From: Prorocentrum cordatum | Taxonomy: Eukaryota | Assembly (NCBI GenBank): GCA_963575745.1 | Contig: CAUYUJ010000292.1 | Span: 1-64,000, forward strand | Direction: 5' to 3' | DNA: 64,000 nt | Shown here: piece after piece, positions 26,847-39,744 of the stretch | How the letters are laid out: each line of letters opens with the position of its first letter | Position numbering within the stretch: the stretch's first letter is position 1 | Translations under genes and position numbers: made by a program | The notes under the pieces: generated by a model | Database searches by the model: none | What the model was told of the DNA's origin: nothing | What the model saw: the letters and a program-made list of their open reading frames with translations, nothing else

Positions 26847-29107
26847 CCCGAGAGAGGCGGGAGCGCCGGTGGCTCCGCGGGGGGGCGGCGGCCTCCGATC
26901 GCGGCCGCCGCCTCGGCGGGCCGCCTCGGGCGCTGAGCCGGGCGGGCTCCGGGCGGAGGCGGCGGCAGCCTGCACGGCCCCGCGGGCGGCGCCGGCCCCG
27001 GCTCGCGGCGGTCCGCGCTGGCGGCTCTCTCCGACGGCGCCCGTGGTGGCGGCCGCGGACCCGCGTGCGGCCGGCGCGTGCGGCCGGGCGTGCGGCCTCC
27101 TGGCCACGCCGGGCGCGCTTGCGCGGAGCACGCCCCTCCCGTCCCCGAGCGCAGCCGACGCGGGGCCCTTGGTCAGCGCCTCGCCGCCGGGGGCGGGCTG
27201 CCTGGTGCGCAGGCATGCTCGCGGCTGGGGAGGAGGCCGTCCTGATCTAACGGCGCATGGCAGCGCTCTCGCCCCCCCGCCAAGTGGCCCACCGACCCGC
27301 TGCGAGCGCCTGCGGTGCCCGCCGACAAGCAAGAGCAGTGCTGCGGCGCCCCCGTGTGCGCCACTCCTCTTCCACTTCGTCCTGCGCATGGCGGCCGCGC
27401 GGGGCGCGGGGAGACCGGGAGAAGGGGGCGCCGGCCGGCTGGCGAGCCGGGAGGCAGCGAGCGCTGGGAGCTCGGGCGCGCCCAGAAGTGCCAGCTCCAG
27501 GGGCAAAAGCGTGAGGCCCGCCCGTGGCGCAAAAGGGAGGCCCGCCCGCGGGCTCGGCCAGCGGGGCCCGCGGGGCAGAATCGTGGCGCAGTCGTGGGGC
27601 CCGCCCGCGGGTCAGAACCGCGCAGCCCGCCCGCAGGCTCGGCCACCGCGGTGCGGGTGTCGGGGAGGCCGCGCCCAAGTGCGCCCCGCGCGACTTCTGC
27701 GCCGCCACGCAGCGCACGCCGCGCGAGCGGGGAGGCTCGCAGGGGCAAGGCGGCGGCGCGTGCGCCCCCGCGCGGTGCGACTCCAAAGATGACGTTCCCA
27801 CCTACTTTAGCCTGAGTCACCAGGAAGAATTTCGAACACCAAGGAAGCACCGAAACTGGAGGGCGTTCACGTGACGGGCTCTGGGAGGCGATATTCGCTC
27901 GACAATGTTCCGATACTTTTCTGGGTGCTCGAAATTAAGTCTGGGATGTGTGCCTTGAGTGAGTGCGATGGGAGCAACACAACTCCAAAGGCCTCGGCTT
28001 CGGGGGGGGGGGGATGCCTGTTGGCCGCTCGGGGCGAGGCTGGGCGAGGCCGGCGGCAACCGCCGCCGACGCGGCCTGCGGCTCCGCCGGCGGGGCATCG
28101 AGGATCGCGGCTCGCGACGCGCCGCGCCACGGCGCCCAGAGAGCGCCGAAGGGCGGACCGCGGCCGCCTGCCACGGGCGCCCCGCGGGAGGCGCCGCGAG
28201 GCCGCCACCTGGCGCGGGCGGCGCTGTGGGCGGCGGCGAACTGCCACCGTGAACCAGGGCGAAGGAAGCAGAGCGGCCGCGGAGGGAAGGGAATGCGGGG
28301 GCGGCACTCGGAGCAGGATGAAGTGCGCTGGGGCGCAGGCGCACGCGGGGGCGACGAGCGTTCCGTCCTCGCCGTCGGGGCTCGGAGAGATCCGGCGCGC
28401 GCGGCGCGCCTGGCCCCTGCGGAGCCGACAAGCGCGAGTTGTAGGAATGCTGGGCTCCCCCCCCTGAGACGTGACCCCTTCCCCTCCTGACCACACTCGG
28501 TCACGGCTCGGGGCTGGTTCTCATCTCCCTTGTACCGCATCCACCTCCTCCTCCTCCTCCTCCTCCTCCTCCTCCTCCTCCTCCTCCGCCTCCTGCTCCT
28601 CCTCCTCCTCCCCCTCCTCTCCTCCTCCTCTCTGCCTCCTCCCTCCTCCTCCCTCCTCCTCATCTGCCTCCTCCTCCTCCTCCCTCCTCCTCCTCCTCCT
28701 CCGCCTCCTCCTCCTCCTCATCCTCCTCCTCCTCCTCCTCCTCCTCCTCCTCCTCCTCCTCCTCCTCCTGCCCCGAGCTGCGGACGGTTCTGGGTCAGGC
28801 CCTGGCGCCCTCGCCTCCGCCCCTACTCTTCTCAGCAGCAGAGCGTCGCTGGGGGGGAGGGGAGAGGCGGGGGCTGCAAGCGTGGGCAGCACATCAGCCA
28901 AAAGAGGGGGGGCGCCCCCCGAGGAGAAGGAGACCGACGGAAGGGCGACACGAGGACGAGCAGCAGGAGGACGAGAGAAAAGGGGAGCGAGGGTAAGAGG
29001 AGAAGCCAGGGAGAGAGGCGAGGAGCCGGGGGGGGCAGCAGGCGCGACAGAGGAGGGCGGAAGAGGGGAGGGAGAGGGTCGCGAACACAGCCGACGCACC
29101 CCTGGGG

Positions 29108-29267
29108 TTAGGTCGGGCATGTCCTCCTACAGGCGGAGCTTGGAGGGTAAAAGAAAAATGATCAAGAAATATTCCAACATATTCTATAAATAATACAGAA
29201 ATCGTTCCCAGACTGTTTTTGGACTATTTCTGAATATCCCTCCTGTAGAGGGACACGCCCGACTTAA
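29108..29267. mobile_element. TTAAGTCGGG MITE
   Basis: ~26-bp imperfect TIR; 8-bp TSD CCCTGGGG. Confidence 0.9.
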
Positions 29268-30210
29268 CCCTGGGGAAACCCCCTCAGGGGGCTGCGGCGC
29301 CATCGGCGGCCCTGCGGTTAGAGTCGATCCAGTGCACTTCCTTCGGCTGTCCCCACCTCCCCCCCGTCCATCCGATAATTCCCCCCCAAGCCCGTCCCAC
29401 GAGCCTGGGTCTGCACGCGCGCGGGTATAGAAGAAGAAGAAGAAGAAGAAGAAGAAGAAGAAGAAGGAGGGGAAAAAAGCATGCACATAAACTCTCAGCG
29501 CTCCGCGCGGATGTCTTGGATCTGCGCCGGACTCCCCCCTCCCTGGCGCGCGGAGCACGCCAGGGGCGGCGCGGGAGGCGCTGCCGGGGGGGGCCGGCGC
29601 GGGTCCAAGAGATTGGCGCGGAGCGCGGAAAGCCTATGTTTCTGCAGCGCGTTCTGCTTCGAGGGGAGGCCTGGTCGCCCCTCCCTCCCGTGGGAAGCGC
29701 ACGGCGCGCCGAGCAGGTTTGATCGGGACTGGTGACTGCAGGGCGGCCAGCGGCGACACTCGTGGCCCCATCAGGCCCGTCGCGGCGCCGCGCGACATTT
29801 TCGTGACCCTTTGGGCCCGTCGCGCGCGAGACCTCCCAGAGGCGGAGCACCGGCGCAGAGAGCACAGTCGGCCCGCATCATAAGGCTGCGCGACAAGGAT
29901 GCAAAAGGGCCCTGGACGCCGCTTTCGAAGCTTCTCGAGCGGGGCGCGGCCAGCGAAAGTGGTCAAGGATGGGCCGAGGAGGCAAGGACGCAAGGGTGCC
30001 CTTGGGAAGGTTGCCCATCCTTACTACGCAGGCTGACTGCATGGTGTCGAGGCTGGACGTGCAGTTCCTCCTCGGCCTCCTCCTCCTCGCCTTCCTCCTT
30101 CGGGCGGGTGCTGTTACAGTGGCTCCGCGGGGGCAAGGAAAACAAATGTGTCACTCACGCCTGCAGGAATCGTGTGTTCTCGCCTCTCCCTCTTCCGATT
30201 CCTCACCCTA

Positions 30211-30386
30211 CAGTAGGAGCTCGACCACAAGAAACCTTCCGCAAGAAACCCAACCCTGAGACACCACGACGCCCATTGATCTTTGGTGTGGACACGTCAC
30301 GCTTTCCACAGCAAAATCATCGAAACCCAAGCAACCCAGGGTACCCTGGAGGCAAGCAGGGTGTTTCTTGGCATGGGCCTCCACTG
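30211..30386. mobile_element. 176-bp TA-flanked MITE (Tc1/mariner-like)
   Basis: TA|CAGT...CACTG|TA; four copies of equal length in the window. Confidence 0.85.
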
Positions 30387-31179
30387 TACCCTCGCCTTTC
30401 CCTCTTCTGACTCCTCACCTTACTTCCCCATCTCAAGTTCTCCTCCCCCTCCAACCTACCCTCCCCATCTATCATATATTCATCCTCATTGCTACGTTCC
30501 TCGCCTCGCGCTCGCCCTTGTCAGTGTCATCGTCCTCGGTCCTGCTCCTCTTCTCCTCCTGGTACCCTGTGCGCAAGCAGCTGAGCCGAGAGGGCGAGCT
30601 CGACAGCCTTCTCTCGTTGACATCGCTCTCCGAATCCTCATCCAGGGACGAATCGTCCTCAACGCCCTCCAACTCCTCGTCCACAGACGAGTCATCTTCA
30701 GATTCGTGACCCTGTGCGGGGCGAGACGCGGGGGGAGGCAGGGACCACGGGTCTCGAGCGGAACCATGCACGCCGACTCCATCCCACGACGAGACCCCTG
30801 CAACCAAAGCCTTGACAAGCCTTGGACAACGAACAACGACCCTTTCCCGGGCTGGGGTTGATGACGCCTTCCCCAGTCGGTCGGTCGGGGTCGAACGCTG
30901 CAGACAGGCTATGGAGGACGTGCGCGTGGCATGCAGATCGGCACGTATCATGTCAGGAGAACCAAAAACAAAGGAAGGCAATGAAAAGGAGGACAAAGGA
31001 GGGGGAGGAGGGAGGGAAGGGACAAGGAGGAGGAAGAGGAGGGGCAGGAAGGACGAGGAGAGATGAGGAAGGGGAAGGAGGACCAGCACGCAGATATTCG
31101 ATATCTGTGGACTGCCGCCGCCCATGCCGCTGGGCTCGACCCCGCCAACTGCCTTGACACTTGGGAAAACGAACGATAC

Positions 31180-31214
<35 letters not shown>

Positions 31215-31790
31215 GTGATGATGATGGTGATGATGGCGATGATGATAATGATAATGATGATGCTGATGATGATGGTGGTCATGACGGTACTGATTAAGAT
31301 GAATATGACGATGCTGTTGATGCCGAGAATGACGACGACGGCGACGGATAGGCTATTGATGACGACGACGATGATGATGATAATGATGTTGATGATGGTG
31401 ATGGCAATGGTAATGATAATGGAAATGGTAATGGTTATGGTGAGGGTGAGGATAATAGTAATGGCAATGGCAATGGAAATTGGAATGGTAATGGTAATGG
31501 GGGGGTGGTGATGGTGATGGTGATGGTGATGGTGATGGTGATGGTGATGGTGATGGTGATGGTGATGGTGATGGTGATGGTGATGGTGATGGTGATGGTG
31601 ATGGTGATGGTGATTGTGATGCTGATGGTGATGGTGATGGTGATGGTGATGGTGATGGTGATGGTGATGGTGATGACGACGATGATTGGAATAGTGATAG
31701 TGACGGAGATAGTGATGGTGATGGTGATGGTGGTGGTGATGATGATGGCGACGATGAATGAGGAGTGGTGGCGATGATGAATGTGATGAG
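31180..31790. repeat. (GAT)n / (GATGGT)n tract
   Basis: Read directly. Confidence 0.93.
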
Positions 31791-31851
31791 GGTGAACAAT
31801 TACCGCAATGATGACAACTATAATAACAAGGATGCGGCTAAAAATAATCCA

Positions 31852-32817
31852 AATCCGCCGGCCCCCTTGTGGGGCCACCAGGCTGCGAGGCGCGTGATTC
31901 GCAGTTTCCTGTACCAGTTGTAGTTTCTAGTTTCCAGTGTTACAGTTCTGCTTCTTGCTGGTTACTGTAACTAGTTGACTTCTTGCTGGTTACTGTAACT
32001 AGTTGATTGACCGCGCGAGGGGGGGGGAGGCCCAAACAGGATTTTCCAGCGTCCCCTGGGCGCGTTGTCTGAATTACTGGGGGGGCTCGAAATCGACACC
32101 CCTCACGCAGATCCGCGGGGTCAGGGTCCAAAAACACAGGGGATTTGCCACATTTCTGAAATTCGGTGCCACCCCTCACGCAGATCCGCGGGGTCAGGGT
32201 CCAAAAACACAGAGGATTTGCCACCTTTCTGAAATTCGGTGCCACCCCTCATGCAGATCCGCGGGGTCAGGGTCCAAAAACACAGGGGATGTGCCACATT
32301 TCTGAAATTCAGTGCCACCCCTTACGCAGATCTGCGGGGTCAGGGTCCAAGAACACATGGGATTTGCCACATTTCTCAAATTCGGCGCCACCCCTTACGC
32401 AGATCCGCGGGGTCAGGGTCCAAAAACACAGGGGATTTGCCACATTTCTGAAATTCGGTGCCACCCCTCACGCAGATCCGCGGGGTCAGGGTCCAAAAAC
32501 ACAGGGGATTTGCCACATTTCTGAAATTCGAACCCATCACGCACATCCATCGCAAGGCGTGGTAACCCAAACTGCGAGAACTCCCTCGGCCCTTTCATCG
32601 CAAGGTGTGGTAACCAAGCCCTTAAACCATACACGTCTTACCAATCGCCAGGTGTGGTAACCCCTCTTGTGATCAGTTGGTTTTGCTGATTGCGACTCGG
32701 CTTCGCATGAAGTTTCGATACTGCTTCACGACAGCGCCAAGGCCTCATGACTTAGCTCTTCCATGGCCCATTCTCCGAAAGAGGGGGCCGGCGGCAGGGG
32801 GCGAAGCCCTTACGGAT
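31852..32817 (+). mobile_element. DINE-1/HINE-like (Helentron-associated) non-autonomous element
   Basis: Exact 13-bp subterminal IR CCGCCGGCCCCCT (31855-31867) / AGGGGGCCGGCGG (32782-32794); 5' stem GGCCCC-cttgt-GGGGCC; 3' hairpin GGGC-GAA-GCCC; central tandem repeats. Confidence 0.6.
32097..32530. repeat. 73-bp tandem repeat, six copies
   Basis: Unit starts at 32101, 32174, 32247, 32320, 32393, 32466; high identity, no spacers. Confidence 0.97.
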
Positions 32818-33365
32818 AATGATGGTGATGATTTTGATAACGACGACGACGACGACGAAAATGATGATGATGATGATGATGATGATGATGGTGATGGATG
32901 TGGTGTTGATGGTACTGAGAAATACGACGCTGATGATGATGCCGATGATAGCGGTGACATTGGGGATGTTGATGATGATGTTGATGATGATGATGGTGAT
33001 GCTGATGACTTGAAACATGGAAATGAATATAAAGATGATTTTCTGCAGACGCTGAGGATGCTGGTCCTGGTGATGATGGTAACGATGATGGTAATAAGGA
33101 CGATGATCGTGACAGCGATGAGTACGAAGACGAGCATGATGATCGTGATGATGCCGGTGGGCATGATTATGAAGACGAGGATGGTGATGCTGGTCATGAT
33201 AATGCTGGCGCTGGTGATGGTGATGGTGCGATGATGATGATGCTGATGATGAATATTATAATGGTGGCGGTGATAATGACGACGATGATGATGCGGATGA
33301 TGATGATGAGGATGAGGATGATGATGATGATGATGATGATGCTGATGATGGTGATGATGATGATC
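32818..33365. repeat. Degenerate (GAT)n tract
   Basis: Read directly. Confidence 0.9.
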
Positions 33366-33529
33366 AGCAGGGTGCGGAGGAGGAGGAGGAGAAGGAGGAG
33401 GTGAGGCGAGGCGAGCGCGCGGTTCCGCGAGGTGCGGAGCCCTTGAGGGCCTGCGCGGGGGGGCCGAGGCCCTCAGTGCTTCTAGTCCTTGTTGGCCGAG
33501 GCCGGGGTGCTGAATTATGAACTGGCGGC

Positions 33530-33930
33530 CGCCGGATGTCAAGCGGTGTGGGTGGATGTGGAAAGTCGGAAGCCGGATGCTGGAGTCGGAGTGCTGGGCG
33601 GTCGGCAGGTGGAAGTGGAGGTGGAAAGTCGGATGCTGGAGGGCGGAGGTCGGAGCGCTGAGCTGCTGGACGCAGGAGGTCGACGGGCGGAGACGGAGGT
33701 GGAAAGTCACATGCTGCTGGAGGGTGGAGGTCGGAGCGCTGCGTTTCTGGACGCTGGAATCCGACGGGTGGAGGCGGGAGCGAAAGTCGGAATGCTGGAT
33801 GCTGGAGGTGGGAGTGGCGAGCTGGAAGAAGCTGGAGATCGACAGGTGGAGGTGGGAATGGGAAATCGGATGTCGCATGCTGAAGTCGGGATGTGGACGC
33901 GAGAATTGGGGGGTCGGAAGGAGGAGGTCA
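33530..33930. repeat. Degenerate minisatellite (GGAGGTGGAAGTCGGATGCT-like)
   Basis: Recurrent GGAGGTGG, AGTCGGA and TGCTGGA motifs. Confidence 0.7.
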
Positions 33931-33999
33931 AAAGCTTGGAATTGGTGCACATGTCCAGCTCGCTCTGGTTCGATTTCACATATTGGCAGACGGGCTGGG

Positions 34000-36253
34000 C
34001 GTCTCAGTTCGCGTCGCCCGTGCTTTGCTGGCCGACGGCGAATCGCACAGACTCGTCCTCTGAGCCCTGCCAAATGTAGCTATCGTGCGCCAGCGCAAAC
34101 CACCATTCGCAGCCAGTATCATCGGGGAGTCTCTTGTTGTGGTCAACCATATCCATGGTGCCCAAAAATTTGACGATCTCGTGGTCCCAACGCTTCCGCT
34201 GTCCGCCTTATTCTCGTTGCGCGGGTCTTCTGTCGCGCAACGGAGGCTGCCAAGCGGCGGCGCGTCGCGCCCAGCGGTCGGCGGGTAAATCGGCAACCCG
34301 CTTGGCCCATCTCCACTTTGCTTTAAAGTAGTGCGAAGCCCAGTCGTCGACTTTCACGCGTCTGGCATGGGCATCGACTGCGTGCGTCGCTCGCCGGATG
34401 AAGTCCCCCTGGCTCTAATCCGTCGTTGCTGCTGGTATCGCCGTCGGTGTTGCTGGCACTGCCGCCGTCGTCGCCGTCGCCGTCGTCGCTGTCGCTGCGA
34501 TTAGTGCTTCCGTCGTTGCCAAACTCGACGTTGTTAGTGCTGTCGTAATTGTCTGGGCTGCTTTCAGCGAAATCTCCGTCAAGCTCTGCGCACTCTGCTC
34601 CATCTCCCTCCTCCTCTTGGTCGCTGCCAGATTGGAGGTCTCTCTCGTCGTCGTTCCAATGATTCCCTCGCGTGCGTCGTCTGCCAGAACCCACGATGAT
34701 TCGAATCATCTTCCGCCGTGTACGCTGCAGTAATGTAAGCATGTCTTTGGTTAGGGCCCACGAGCTGCATCCGTACATGACACTGGGCGTCACGGTCCCA
34801 TTGAAGAGGCGTAGGCGACTTGCGAGAGGGTAGTGTTTGCATGCCAATTCGTGTCTCAGCTGGTTGAATCGGCGCCAGCCCGACGCGATTCTGTTGTCGA
34901 GCTCCGTGATGTGGAAGTCGTGGGATGTAAATTTCCTGCCCAAATAATTCGTGCTCTGCGTTGCCTCCAGAATCTCGACACTATCACATCCGATGTTAGT
35001 TGCTTTGATATTTCTGCTTTTTTGCCGGGTGACGTTGGACAGAATGTTCGCTTTGTCTGGGTGTAACTCAAGGCCGCATTGTTTCGGGTGGAGCTTGAGG
35101 TCGCGCAGTAAACATTTCAGCTGACGTAAATTTGGCGCACAAAATAAAACGTCGCCTGCAAAACGGAGGTTGGTGAGGAGGGTGTCTGTGGTGAAGCCCA
35201 TATGTATGCCAAACTGTTTGTTGCGCCATGCGTCGGAAATTTATGTCAGGTAGTGCGTGGAAAAATAGGGAGATCGGTGGGTCTCCTTGTTTCACACCTC
35301 GCTGGATGTTGAACTGTCTGCTCGTGCTGTCCGTCCGTACTGTAGCGGTCTGGTCGGTGTAGAATCGTTTGAGGAAGTGTATGTAGGATGCCGGCACCTG
35401 CTGCTCTCTGAATGAGTCCCATAGTGCGTTGTGGTTGACACAATCGAATGCTTTCTTAAAGTCCACCACTACTACCCAGAGTGGTAGTTGCCATTCTTCT
35501 AACTGGTTGTGCAGTAGAGCCAGCGTGACTAACTGGTCGTCGGTGCTGTAGCCGTGTCTGAAGCCTGCTTGGTCTACGCTTTGCTGCTTGTCTAACAGTG
35601 GACCCAGTCGATTGTACAGGAGTCGAGACATAAGCTTGTACAGAGAAGGGGTCATTGCAATTGGTCTGTAGTTTTGTGGTAGTTTTGCGTCCCCTGATTT
35701 GAAAATCGCAATGTTGGTGGTGCGCCCCCACTGTTCTGGCGGCAACTGTTCTGGGTGAGTGATGTCGTTGAACAAGCATTGTATGTGCTGTTCTATGCGC
35801 GGCCCGCCTGCTTTCAACATTTCTGTAGTGATTCCCGCTGTGTCTTTGCATTTTCCGTTTTTGAGTTCTTGGATTACTTGGTGTACCTCTTCCTGAGTAA
35901 GAGGTGGTATTTGCTTCGGCCTCACTTCGGCCTCAAGGTCTTCGCGGCAAGGGACAGGGGGGCGGCAGCCGTGCGTCGAACGTCCGTTGTTGGAGTCGGT
36001 TTGTCGGTAAAATTGTTCGCAGAACGTTACAAACATATCCGCAATGCTTTGTCGGTCGGTCTCGTCGTTGCCGTCTTGCCATGTCATTGATGATATCATG
36101 TCTTTGTGCTTCGTTGTTTTGGTCCCCGCTTTCTTCCGAAGGCCTATGACATTGACGATGATGTCCCTGAGTTTGTCCTGCCGTCGAGCCCGTTTGAAAG
36201 ACCGCAATTCCTTGAAGATCTTCTTGCTGATAGCTTTGCGGCTCGCACTGTCC
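34000..36253 (-). mobile_element. 5'-truncated, frameshifted RTE-like LINE (RT pseudogene); 3' boundary approximate
   Basis: IFKSGD..LPQNYRPI, QAGFR, DFKKAFD, RGVKQGDP, LRFAGD (decayed FADD), YLG; RTE-type C-terminus WASH..KWRW..DRW..WQP..RKRWD. Confidence 0.9.
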
Positions 36254-36542
36254 TCGGAGAAGGAGGAGGAGGAAGAGGAGAAAGAGAGGAGGAGGAGGAA
36301 GACGAGGACGAGGAGGATGAGGAGTCTGGGACCTGGAGCGGGCTCGACAGCACATCCACACGGATTGCGGCCACCTCGCCACCCGCCAGGTGCACGTCCC
36401 GGCTTGGGACCGCTGAGCCTGGCGCTTCGCTGGGTGCGACGCCCGCGGCGCCGCGGCTGCGCGGCCAGGCGCCGCCTACGCCAGCTGCGGCCACGCCCTG
36501 GCCCCTGTGAGCGAGGAGGCCATTCTCGACATCGAGGTACAG

Positions 36543-36680
36543 TTATGTCGGGCATGTCCTACTACAGGGGGACTCTGGCGAGAAAAGATGATCAACAAAT
36601 GATCGAAAGTAGTCGAAAAATCGTCCCCGACCTTTTTCTTGACTTCTTCTGAGTACTCCTCATGTGGAGGGGCACGCCCC
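36543..36680. mobile_element. TTAAGTCGGG MITE with decayed right end
   Basis: TTATGTCGGGCATGTCC start and family interior. Confidence 0.7.
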
Positions 36681-36864
36681 TGCGGGCACAGCGGGCCCCG
36701 CAACGCCGACCTGCTGCAGGCCGCTGCCGGCCGCGACGGGGCAGCCCACGCCTCCCGCGGAGGCGGGCAAACACCAGCGCTACCCCGGCGGACGGACGCC
36801 CTTCCGCCTGGTGCCGCTGGCTCTGGAAACCGCCAGCCGCCGCGGCCAGGCGGCCCTGCGCCAC

Positions 36865-37045
36865 TCGGGCCGGGCGAAAGCGGGGGATAGCAAAGAGGGG
36901 GTTTGAGAATCAGCTCACGTGGCTGATTTTCCCGGCGCCTCCCGGCGCCGGAAGGCGCCCATGTATCGAGGAATGGGCCCGGCGGCGGGGCCGAAACCAG
37001 CTGCATGCAGCAGATTTCGCATCCCCCCCCTTTCGTTCGGCCCGA
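36865..37045. mobile_element. TCGG...CCGA MITE
   Basis: TIR TCGGGCCGGGCGAAAG / CTTTCGTTCGGCCCGA; 5-bp TSD GCCAC. Confidence 0.88.
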
Positions 37046-37164
37046 GCCACCTGCGCGGGCTCGCCGGGGAGCAGGCGACACTGCTGGAGCCGGCGGACGA
37101 AGGTGCCGCGGAGGCCTTGGCCGGGCAGCTGGCGGCCCAGTGGGGCCGGGAGCTGAGCGTGGCC

Positions 37165-37326
37165 TCGGGTCGGGCCTGTCCCCCTACAGTGGGATTTGGG
37201 GCGAAAAATGGCAAAGGCTCCAAAACATATTCCAAAAAGGCTGAACAATAGTCAAAAAAATCGTCCCCAGACTATTGTTTGACTATGTTTGAATATTCCC
37301 CCTGTTAAGAGACAGGCCCGACTTAA
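37165..37326. mobile_element. TTAAGTCGGG MITE
   Basis: 8-bp TSD GCGTGGCC. Confidence 0.88.
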
Positions 37327-38639
37327 GCGTGGCCCTCCACCGGGCCAAGGCCTGGCAGCTCCCAAACTGCCCTGCTCGGGCAGTCGTTATAATGGGGGAG
37401 GCGCTAGATAGATTGGGGGGGGTAAGAACGGTACCTTTTTCTTGCACCTTTCGTACCCCTTCGGGGCCTTGGGGGGCTCGTTCAGGGCCCCTTTAGTCGG
37501 CGGTGGACAAAGCTCCCTTCAGTAAACCTCCCCTTAGTGAAAACGGCCTGGGACCGAAACCAACGGACCTGGATCCGCAAAAATGACGGCCGCGACGCCC
37601 TCTCGCGAATCGAAAACGGGCAATTCCTGAATCGGCGTGTCAGGGTAGGAGGTCTATCCACCTCCGATCTGGGGCCCCTTGCGTGCAACCCTCGGCGCCC
37701 CGCCCCATTCATCGCCCTCCCATTGCCGAGAGCCCAGCCTGCAGCGAGGGGCGGACGGCGCCGGTCGGGCGGCGGAGCCGCGGGCCGCAGGAGCGGCGTG
37801 TCAGCGCCGCGCTGCGGGGCGGCCGTCCTCGCGCGCACAAGTCATCGCCGCGGTGCTCCTCGTGGAGTTCGGGGTGGGCGGGCGCTCGGGCGTGCGATAG
37901 ACCGCCTTGGGGATCGCGGGAGGAGGAGGAGGAGGAGGAGGAGGAGGAGGAGGAGGAGGGGAGGAGGAGGAGGAGGGAGGAGGAGACAGGGAGGGAGGAG
38001 AGGGGGAGGAGGAGACAGGAGGAGGAGACAGGGGAGGGGGGAGACAGGGAGAGGAGACACGGAGGAGGAGACAAGGGAGGAGGAGGAGGAGGAGGAGGAG
38101 GAGGAGGAGGAGGAGGAGGAGGAGGAGGAGGAGGGAGGAGGAGGAGGAGGAGGAGGAGGGAGGAGGAGCCCGGGACCTGGAGTGGGCTTGGCAGCACATC
38201 CACACGGATTGCGGCCACCTCGCCACCCGCCAGGTGCAAGGAGATGGACGACGAGGAAGGAGATGGAGGAAATAAAAGAGGGACCAACCGAGCAAGGGAG
38301 GCTAGACGAGGGGGCATAGGGGGAGGGAGCAGGACATGAGGGAAAGGAGCTGATCGGCGACGTCGGGACGGAAAACATCGGGCTCCGACTCGAGCCGCAT
38401 CGATGATGCATCGACGATGCGGCGCGTTCCTCCTCACCCATCTGCTCGTGCACCTGTGGGGCGGCAGCGAACGCTACTCCAACAGACAGCCCGCCCCAGG
38501 GAGCATAGAGAATACGTAGGAGAGAGGGAGAGGAGGGAAGAGGGGAGAGTGCGTCCTTCCCTCGCTTCCCTCCTCCGACCTACCTTCCTCCACACCTCCC
38601 TTTCTCTCTCTCTCTCTCTCTCTCTCCCCCTTTCTCTCG

Positions 38640-38850
38640 ATATATATATATATACATACATACATACATACATACATACATACATACATACATACATGCA
38701 TGCATACATACATACATGCATGCATGCATGCATGCATGCATGCATGCATGCATGCATACATACATACATGCATGCATACATACATACATACATACCTACA
38801 TACATACATATATATGTATATGCATGTATGTATATATATACACACATACA
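38640..38850. repeat. (TA)n/(CATA)n/(CATG)n microsatellite
   Basis: Read directly. Confidence 0.95.
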
Positions 38851-39744
38851 TATCCTTCCATCAATCAGATCCTCATTGTCTCCCTGGCCGTCCTTCCATC
38901 CCACGTCACTCCTCCCACGCCCCTCTTCCCCCACGTTCCTCTACACCCCCCGCCTCTTCCTCTCCCCCTCCTACCTCTCCTACCTTCCTCTCCTCCCTCC
39001 GCCTCCTCCGACATCCCCTTCCTCCGCACCTCTGGCTTCCTCCGCACCCACCAGGCGAGGAGCACCTGTGCCATTGCATGCCCGCGCCCGCGCGGTGGCC
39101 CGCGCTTCGGGCCCCCCTGGCACGGCCCCGGCCCGCGCCCAGGCCGCACTGGGCTCACGCCTCGGGAGATGAGGGCGCGCGCCCACGCGGGCGCTCGGCG
39201 TGGCGGCACGCGCGCAGAGCGGCAACGCAGCCTCCCTCCCTCTTCCTCCTTCACCTCCTCCCTCACCTCGTCCTCCTCCTCCACCTCCACCTCCTCCTCC
39301 TCTTCCTCCTCCTCCTCCTCCTCCTCCTGCTCCTCCTCCTTCCCTCCTCCTCCTCTCTCCTCCCTCCTCCTCCTCCCCCTCCTCCTCCTCCTCCTCCTCC
39401 TCCTCCTCCTCTCCTCCTCCTCCTCCTCCTCCTCCTCCTCCTCCTCCTCCTCCTCCTCCTCCTCCGCCCCCTCTTCCTCCTCCTCCTCCTCCTCCTCCTC
39501 CTCCTCCTGCTCCGCCTCCTCCGCCTCCTCCTCCTCCGCCTCCTCCTCATCCTCCTCCTCATCCGCCTCCTCCTCCTCCTCCGCCTCCTCCTCATCCTCC
39601 TTCTGTTGTTCCTCCTCCTTCTTCTCCATTCCTTCTCCTTCTAGATAACTCTTCCCTGTCACACCCTGAGGCCAGTTTTCAGGGCGGGCCGGGCGTTTCA
39701 CCTGACACTTCCCCACCATTTGTGACTCTGGAGCCTAGGAAGTG

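Noticed and set aside
32097..32530. CRISPR-like regular array
   Set aside because: Whole 73-bp units repeat with no unique spacers, and there are no cas genes.
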